Below, piece after piece: positions 57,583 through 64,000 of a DNA stretch of 64,000 nt. The DNA is taken from NCBI RefSeq assembly GCF_055900595.2, contig NZ_CM148325.1. One strand, written 5' to 3'. The first letter of the stretch is position 1, and every line of letters begins with the position of its first letter. Made by a program: the position numbers and the translations under genes. Under the pieces are notes generated by a model. The model saw only the letters and a program-made list of their open reading frames with translations. It searched no databases and was not told where the DNA came from.

Positions 57583-60500
57583 TTACGCTTTTTTAAAGCG
57601 GGCAAAGAGATGTTCCACTACAACGAAAAAGACTGGAACGAAGTAAATGGCCAGCACTGTTGCGGCAAACATCCCGCCCATCACGCCGGTACCTACCGCG
57701 TTTTGCGCGCCAGAACCTGCGCCGTGGCTGATTACCAGCGGCAACACGCCGAGAATAAAGGCCAGAGAGGTCATCAGGATTGGGCGTAAACGCATCCGCG
57801 CCGCTTCGATGATTGCCTCTATCGGCGTTTTCCCTTCTTTCTGCATCATCTCAACGGCAAATTCGACGATCAGGATGGCGTTCTTGGCGGAAAGCCCGAT
57901 GGTAGTCAGCAAACCAACCTGGAAGTAGACGTCATTACTTAAGCCGCGCAGATCGGTGGCCAGTAATGCGCCAACGACACCTAACGGTACAACCAACATC
58001 ACCGAGAACGGAATTGACCAGCTCTCATAAAGTGCGGCAAGGGCGAGGAACACCACGACCAGTGAAATGGCATACAGCGCGGGAGCCTGGTTTGAGGATA
58101 ACGCTTCCTGATACGACAGTCCGGTCCACGAGTAGCCGACGCCTGCCGGAAGTTTAGCGACCAGGTCTGCCATAAATTTCATAGCGTCACCGGTACTTTT
58201 CCCGGCCGCCGCTTCACCTAAAATCTCCATTGACGGGATGCCGTTGTAGCGTTCCAGTCGCGGTGAACCATAGGTCCATTCGGTAGACGAATAGGCCGAA
58301 AGCGGTGCCATCGTGCCAGAGGCGTTGCGTACATACCACTGGTTGATGTTATCCGGCAACATACGGAACGGCGTGCCTGCCTGGACATACACTTTTTTCA
58401 CCCGCCCCTGGTTGAGGAAGTCGTTCACGTAGCTGCTGCCGAAGGCGGTGGAAATTGTCTGGTTGATATCAGACAGCGTCACACCCATTGCCTCGGCTTT
58501 CGCGGCGTTGACGTTCACTTTGAACATCGGCGTATCTTCCAGTCCGTTCGGGCGTACCCCGGTGACCTGATTCGGTGATTGCGCTGCCAGTGATAATAGC
58601 TCGTTTCGCGCCTGGGTCAGTTTTTCGTGCCCTAAGTTGCCGTTGTCCAGCAGTTCCATATCAAAACCTGACGCGGTACCCAGTTCAGCCACCGCGGGTA
58701 AGTTGAACGGGAAGACGACGGCTTTATTGATACTGCTTAACGCAATCATTGCCCGCTGAATGATCGCGGTAACCGAGTTTTCCTCACCGACACGTTCAGA
58801 CCACGGTTTGAGGCTGATAAACGCCAGACCGTTGTTTTGCCCCTGGCCACTGAAGCCAAAGCCGCCAACGGTAAACACCGACTGAACATTATCTTTCTCT
58901 TTTGTCAGATAATAATCAGTCACCTGTTGCAGCACTTTCGTGGTGTTAACCATGGTTGCACCGGAAGGTAACTGCGCGGTGGTCATAAATACCCCCTGAT
59001 CCTCTTCTGGTAAGAAAGAGGTCGGCGTACGCAGGAACAGCACTGCCATCCCGGCGCAAATCAGCAGGTAGACCACCATGTAGCGACCGGTACAACGCAA
59101 CAGCGAGCGGGTGCTATCGGTATAGTGATGAGTCGATTTTTCAAACAGCGTGTTGAAGCGTGCGAACAGGGCGTTAGGTTTGTGACCGCCTTCCGGCGCG
59201 GCTTTCAGAATGGTGGCGCACAGGGCAGGGGTCAGGCTCATTGCGACAAATACTGAAAGCAGCATCGAGGAGATCAGCGTGATGGAGAACTGACGATAAA
59301 TTTCCCCGGTCGCGCCGCTCATAAAGGCCATTGGCATAAACACCGCGGAAAGCACAACGGCAATCCCGACCAGAGCGCGTTGGATTTGCCCCATGGATTT
59401 ATGCGTTGCTTCCTTCGGCGGCAGTTTATCCTCCGCTATCACGCGCTCGACGTTTTCTACCACCACGATGGCGTCATCCACCAACAACCCTATCGCCAGC
59501 ACCATCCCGAACATGGTGAGGGTGTTGATGGTGAAACCGACCGCCGACAAGATCGCAAACGTCCCGAGAATAACCACCGGTACGGCAATCGTCGGGATGA
59601 TTGTGGCACGGAAATTCTGCAAAAACAGATACATGACCAGGAAGACGAGGATGATAGCCTCAACCAGTGTTTTGAAAACTTCCTGAATAGAAATTTCGAT
59701 AAACGGCGTCGTGTCGTAAGGATAAACCGTCTTCAGACTTGCGGGGAAATAGGCTGATAGGCGGTTTAGCTCCTCTTTGACTGCCCGTGAGGTATCCAGG
59801 GCATTTGCTCCGGTAGCCAGTTTGATGGCGATCCCGGCAGCAGGTTTGCCGTTATAGCGCGCCACGGTGGAATAATCTTCCGCCCCAAGTTCGACGCGGG
59901 CGACATCACGCAGCAGCACTTGCGAGCCATCTTGCTGAACTTTCAACAGGATTTTGCCAAATTCTTCCGGCGTTTGCAGACGCGTCTGCACAATGATCGA
60001 GGCGTTCAGTTGCTGGTCTGCCGCCTGTGGCATGCCACCCAGTTGACCACCAGAAATCTGGTTGTTTTGCACCTTAATCTGGGAAATAACATCGGAAGGT
60101 ACCAGGTTGTATTTATTGAGTTTTTGCGGGTCCAGCCAGATACGCATGGCATACTCGGAACCAAAGAGTTGTACGCTACCAACGCCCGCGGTACGGCTTA
60201 GCGGGTCTTTGATATTAGACGCTACATAGTCCGCGATATCGTACTGGTTGAGACTGCCGTTATCAGAAATGAACGCCGCTACCATCAGGATATTACTGCT
60301 CGACTTATCGACGCTAATCCCCTGCTGCTGCACCGCTTCAGGTAATGAAGGCATAGCGAGTTGCAGTTTATTTTGCACCTGAACCTGCGCGATATCAGGC
60401 GATGTCCCCGTCTCAAAGGTCAGAGTGATGGAGGCATTACCCGCCGCATCGCTGGTTGAAGACATGTACATCAGGCCATCAAGCCCATTCATATTTTGCT

Positions 60501-60696
60501 CAATCACCTGAGTGACCGAGTCTTCTACCGTTTGCGCATCGGCACCCGGATAGGTTGCGCTGACGGTAATGGTTGGTGGCGCAATCTGCGGATATTGCGC
60601 AACCGGTAAGTTCATGATCGCCAGACCACCTGCAAGCATCATAATAATGGCAAGTACCCAGGCAAAAACCGGGCGATCAATAAAATAGTTAGCCAT
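57583..60696 (-). CDS. mdtF: RND multidrug efflux pump, inner-membrane transporter
   Basis: 1037-aa [27 protein letters not shown]..., AcrB family. Confidence 0.93.
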   Translation of the reverse strand: MANYFIDRPVFAWVLAIIMMLAGGLAIMNLPVAQYPQIAPPTITVSATYPGADAQTVEDSVTQVIEQNMNGLDGLMYMSSTSDAAGNASITLTFETGTSPDIAQVQVQNKLQLAMPSLPEAVQQQGISVDKSSSNILMVAAFISDNGSLNQYDIADYVASNIKDPLSRTAGVGSVQLFGSEYAMRIWLDPQKLNKYNLVPSDVISQIKVQNNQISGGQLGGMPQAADQQLNASIIVQTRLQTPEEFGKILLKVQQDGSQVLLRDVARVELGAEDYSTVARYNGKPAAGIAIKLATGANALDTSRAVKEELNRLSAYFPASLKTVYPYDTTPFIEISIQEVFKTLVEAIILVFLVMYLFLQNFRATIIPTIAVPVVILGTFAILSAVGFTINTLTMFGMVLAIGLLVDDAIVVVENVERVIAEDKLPPKEATHKSMGQIQRALVGIAVVLSAVFMPMAFMSGATGEIYRQFSITLISSMLLSVFVAMSLTPALCATILKAAPEGGHKPNALFARFNTLFEKSTHHYTDSTRSLLRCTGRYMVVYLLICAGMAVLFLRTPTSFLPEEDQGVFMTTAQLPSGATMVNTTKVLQQVTDYYLTKEKDNVQSVFTVGGFGFSGQGQNNGLAFISLKPWSERVGEENSVTAIIQRAMIALSSINKAVVFPFNLPAVAELGTASGFDMELLDNGNLGHEKLTQARNELLSLAAQSPNQVTGVRPNGLEDTPMFKVNVNAAKAEAMGVTLSDINQTISTAFGSSYVNDFLNQGRVKKVYVQAGTPFRMLPDNINQWYVRNASGTMAPLSAYSSTEWTYGSPRLERYNGIPSMEILGEAAAGKSTGDAMKFMADLVAKLPAGVGYSWTGLSYQEALSSNQAPALYAISLVVVFLALAALYESWSIPFSVMLVVPLGVVGALLATDLRGLSNDVYFQVGLLTTIGLSAKNAILIVEFAVEMMQKEGKTPIEAIIEAARMRLRPILMTSLAFILGVLPLVISHGAGSGAQNAVGTGVMGGMFAATVLAIYFVPVFFVVVEHLFARFKKA

Positions 60697-60720
60697 GAAA
60701 GTCCCCTTAAGCCTGCAACG

Positions 60721-61878
60721 TTATTGTTTCGATTCGGTGCTGGCGTTTTCCTGGCTGGAGGAAATTGCACGTGCTTTGATACCCGGATGAATACGTTGCA
60801 AACCGGAAACGATCACCCGATCGCCAGCCTGCAAACCAGAAGTGACAACCCACTGGTCGCCGATGGCTTTGCTGGCTTCAATTTCGCGTAGCTGCACGAC
60901 ATCGTCTTTATCCAGAATGAGCGCCGTTGCTTTACCCTGGGCGTTGTGGGTGACGCCTTCCTGCGGCACCAGTAATACATTCTGGCGGCTACCTTCATCC
61001 ACTAATGCCGTGACATACATGCCAGGCAGCAAGTCACCATTTGGGTTGGGGAAAATCGCCCGTAACGTCACGGAGCCCGTGGTTTCATCCACCGTCGGGT
61101 CGGAGAATTTCAGCGTGCCGGTCTGGCCGTAACGTTTACCATTTTCCAGATTGAGCTGTACTGGCGTACTGCCCTGAACCTGTTTGATTTGCCCACTGGC
61201 GACCTCTTCTTTCATGCGCAAAAAATCCTGCACCGACTGCGTGAGATCGACATAAATCGGGTCCAGACGTTGTACGGTAACCAGCGAATCTGCCTGATTA
61301 GCGGTAACGAGTGCGCCGACGGTCACCGACGATTTCCCGCTGACGCCCGTAATCGGCGAGGTGACATTTGCGTATTGCAGGTTGATCGTCGCCTGTTCAA
61401 CAGCCGCTTTGGCGACGGTGACATTGGCTTCTGCCTCATTCAGCTGGGTGCGCGCGGTGTCGTAATCCTGACGGCTAACGTAGTTGGTCTTCAGCAACGA
61501 TGCCTGGCGGTTAAAGGTGATGCGGGCATTGCTGGCGGTAGAGAGCGCTTTCGCCAGCGTGCCTTTGGCGGAGTTCAGCTCGGCCTGTAAAGGTGCAGGA
61601 TCAATCTGATACAGCGAATCGCCCTGGTTCACTTTATCGCCTTCGATAAAGTTGCGTTTAATGATAATACCGCCCACCTGAGGGCGTATCTCGGCAACTT
61701 CATAAGGAACGGTTCTACCAGGCAATTCGCTCAACACATTGACCGAACCGGGGGAGAGTGTGACGACACCGACCTCAGGCGTCATGGCGGCGGCGTTTTC
61801 CGTCGATTTGTCATCGCAGGCGGTGAGCATCGCGCCGCAGAATAACAACGGTATTAACAGTTTTCTTCTTCTGTTCAT
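60721..61878 (-). CDS. mdtE: RND efflux periplasmic adaptor (membrane fusion protein)
   Basis: 385-aa ORF with lipoprotein signal (…MLTAC), AcrA family. Confidence 0.92.
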   Translation of the reverse strand: MNRRRKLLIPLLFCGAMLTACDDKSTENAAAMTPEVGVVTLSPGSVNVLSELPGRTVPYEVAEIRPQVGGIIIKRNFIEGDKVNQGDSLYQIDPAPLQAELNSAKGTLAKALSTASNARITFNRQASLLKTNYVSRQDYDTARTQLNEAEANVTVAKAAVEQATINLQYANVTSPITGVSGKSSVTVGALVTANQADSLVTVQRLDPIYVDLTQSVQDFLRMKEEVASGQIKQVQGSTPVQLNLENGKRYGQTGTLKFSDPTVDETTGSVTLRAIFPNPNGDLLPGMYVTALVDEGSRQNVLLVPQEGVTHNAQGKATALILDKDDVVQLREIEASKAIGDQWVVTSGLQAGDRVIVSGLQRIHPGIKARAISSSQENASTESKQ

Positions 61879-62216
61879 TTTAGTCCCTGAAAATTCTTGA
61901 GATATAACGGTTCTTTAAATTGCGCGCGAGGAGAGGTATGAGGGATTTACAGACCAGCGGCATAGTGGGGTTGTCAGCCAGTAAGATGGGATGCAAGCAC
62001 AGTGATCGACATGGTGAGGTCAACGACAAAAAAAATGTTGCCGTTCTGCCAACAGTTCCTGCCAGCATTCGGGCAACGAAGGGTTCTACTGGTGGATACA
62101 CATACCAGGGGAATAAAGTCGTTTTCGCCTCTCCTTTAGTCATCACCGGGGATAATGAAATCAGCATCTGCATCCCTCTTCATGCCTGCCATCATTTTCA
62201 GTTAATTATGTCCTGA

Positions 62217-62744
62217 CTAAAAATAAGATGTGATACCCAGGGTGACGATGTCGCTCATACGTCTTAGTTTCAGCTTGTACATAATGTTGAATTTCTGAAT
62301 CTTTAATGTTTGTTGCGAAATATTGAGCGTTGACGTGATATTGCTTTCGTTTTTGTTTTTCAGAATCAGCTGCATAATTTTGAACTGATTATGTGAAAAA
62401 CATAATTGTGAATTCTTATGGGGCAAGTGTTTACCATAAGTAATCTCAAGAAGATTTTTGATACTTTCTTTGCGGCTGACAAAATAAATAGGCGCTTTAG
62501 CTTTTAGTTTACTGATGTGATAAGGTGCCAAAACAATAATTCTCTCGGCGTCTAATTTCTCCAGAAATTTAATCGCTTCTTCATCAAGGATATGGTTGTG
62601 ATAGGTATCAATGATAACCTTGAAGGGTTTATTACCTACTTTTTTGATCTCTGACAGGGAATTGATTTTTATCATTTCGTGATTATCTTTCAACTGCCAA
62701 AAGCCCTGTAAAAGAAAAGAATCTTTCGTCATGAGAAAAATCAT
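62217..62744 (-). CDS. gadE: LuxR-family acid-resistance activator
   Basis: ORF-track 62217..62822 trimmed to internal Met at 62744 (MIFLMTKDSFLLQGFWQL...), 175 aa. Confidence 0.88.
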   Translation of the reverse strand: MIFLMTKDSFLLQGFWQLKDNHEMIKINSLSEIKKVGNKPFKVIIDTYHNHILDEEAIKFLEKLDAERIIVLAPYHISKLKAKAPIYFVSRKESIKNLLEITYGKHLPHKNSQLCFSHNQFKIMQLILKNKNESNITSTLNISQQTLKIQKFNIMYKLKLRRMSDIVTLGITSYF

Positions 62745-63542
62745 AACTTGCTCCTTAGCCGTTATCGTTTCGAACATGTCATCCTTTTCATTATTTACAT
62801 CCCTGTCCGAATCGTTGTTCAATATAGTAAACGCCTATAAGAACCTTGCCCTTCGTGAACTAATACGTCTATTAACACTAATCAATACTTCAGATTTATC
62901 CATCACGCACTCCATATATTGATCCTAAGTAAAATTCCTGGTTGTTATCAGATTGTAAACTGCAAGCAAAAAATTAACGTTTGCGGATTACTGCCCAAGA
63001 ATAAGTTATCAATAACCAGTTTGTGATCTCTGAAGAATATTACTAAAGTTAAAATGTAATCCGATTTAAATATCGAGTCTCCTTGTTTCGACTTAAGCTG
63101 GCAATTGGATTGCCAGCTTTCTTTTAACGCATTGAAATTACCTGAGTAAATAACTCATTCATGTCTTCAGGTTTTTATATAGCGTCTGGAGACACGGATA
63201 TTTATGCAATGTAATCAACGCCAGTTGCAAAAAAATGAACCCGGATTACTTATTTAACCGCCCATAGCATCAACGTTTACGGAACTCTTTGTTCACTTTC
63301 CCACAGCACTTTTAAAACATTAAACCTGACTACGGAAAATATCAGCCATGATAATGTTTGAAATGGCTAATTTGCCATGCAATGAAAAAAATCAGATAAA
63401 ATTCAGTAGGTTGAAATACTCATCAGCAGGTAATTATTTCAATGATAGCGCGCAATTGATCTAAAATGCTGTGTAGCGGAGAGAGTATTAATTGGATCAT
63501 AGTCACATCAAGTGACTATGATCCAGGTGGCAATAGGGATAA

Positions 63543-64000
63543 TTATTGCTTTTTAACAAACAAACTGGCGAAGCTGAACAGGCTAGCGGCGCTAAATATC
63601 AGTTCAATTCCCACTAGTGTGGAAACCAGCGTTACAGAAACCATCGGCGTTGCACCAAGGAATATCCAGGCAATGACGATATCCAGCACACCAATAACGA
63701 GCTGTAGCCAACTGCCTTTCATTGAACGCTGACGATACCAACTCATCAGGCGAATAACTCCTGCCACACAGAACAAACCGGCAATAAATGCCGCAATGGC
63801 AAAAATGCCCAGCTCCGGTGCGCGGATGAAGAAATAGCCGATCAATAAATAGGCGACTGCGACGAGGAAACCGGATAATACCGGCCAGAAATTATGACTG
63901 CGGTTGCTGAATAGCCCGACAATAAGCGCAATGCCCGAGCAGATTAATAATGCACCCACTACTGTGCTTAAAATATCGCCAGAGACGAACGGAAAACTGA
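63543..64000 (-). CDS. hdeD: acid-resistance membrane protein HdeD (partial; 5' end beyond window edge)
   Basis: C-terminal region …VGALLICSGIALIVGLFSNRSHNFWPVLSGFLVAVAYLLIGYFF… to stop at 63543; the reading frame stays open to the window end. Confidence 0.8.
   Translation of the reverse strand, partial: SFPFVSGDILSTVVGALLICSGIALIVGLFSNRSHNFWPVLSGFLVAVAYLLIGYFFIRAPELGIFAIAAFIAGLFCVAGVIRLMSWYRQRSMKGSWLQLVIGVLDIVIAWIFLGATPMVSVTLVSTLVGIELIFSAASLFSFASLFVKKQ

Overview
This window reads as Escherichia coli chromosome (the K-12 map region around 79-80 min), running yiaF-ghrB-yiaD-bisC-yiaC-tag-yhjY-yhjX-eptB-proK-dppABCDF-yhjV-[ldr/rdl array]-bcsGFE / bcsRQABZC-pdeK-dctA-yhjJ-kdgK-pdeH-yhjG-yhjE-yhjD-yhjC-yhjB-treF-ccp-gadA-gadX-(gadY)-gadW-mdtF-mdtE-gadE-hdeD (partial). 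Gene identities are from my own recognition of the translated ORFs; no database search was run. Almost all genes are intact core genes at expected lengths; ORF-track starts were trimmed to the likely native start where the track ORF was 5'-extended. Two things depart from an ordinary core region. (1) Between yhjV and bcsG there are five tandem ~483-bp LDR modules, each with a 35-aa LdrD-type type I toxin ORF, a candidate antisense Rdl RNA on the opposite strand and an intrinsic terminator; K-12 has one module here as far as I recall. Sequence differences between modules cluster in the predicted Rdl region, and the fifth toxin copy carries two substitutions. (2) bcsQ changes reading frame near codon 178 and is a probable pseudogene or sequencing error, while bcsQ codon 6 is TTG rather than the K-12 TAG, so the strain is not K-12-like at this locus. 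A smaller observation is an 18/20 direct repeat of the proK 3' end 168 bp downstream of the tRNA, resembling an integration-site scar. I found no CRISPR array, no transposase or integrase gene, and no evidence in this window for a wholly new multi-gene system; the novelty is in copy-number and allele variation of known systems.
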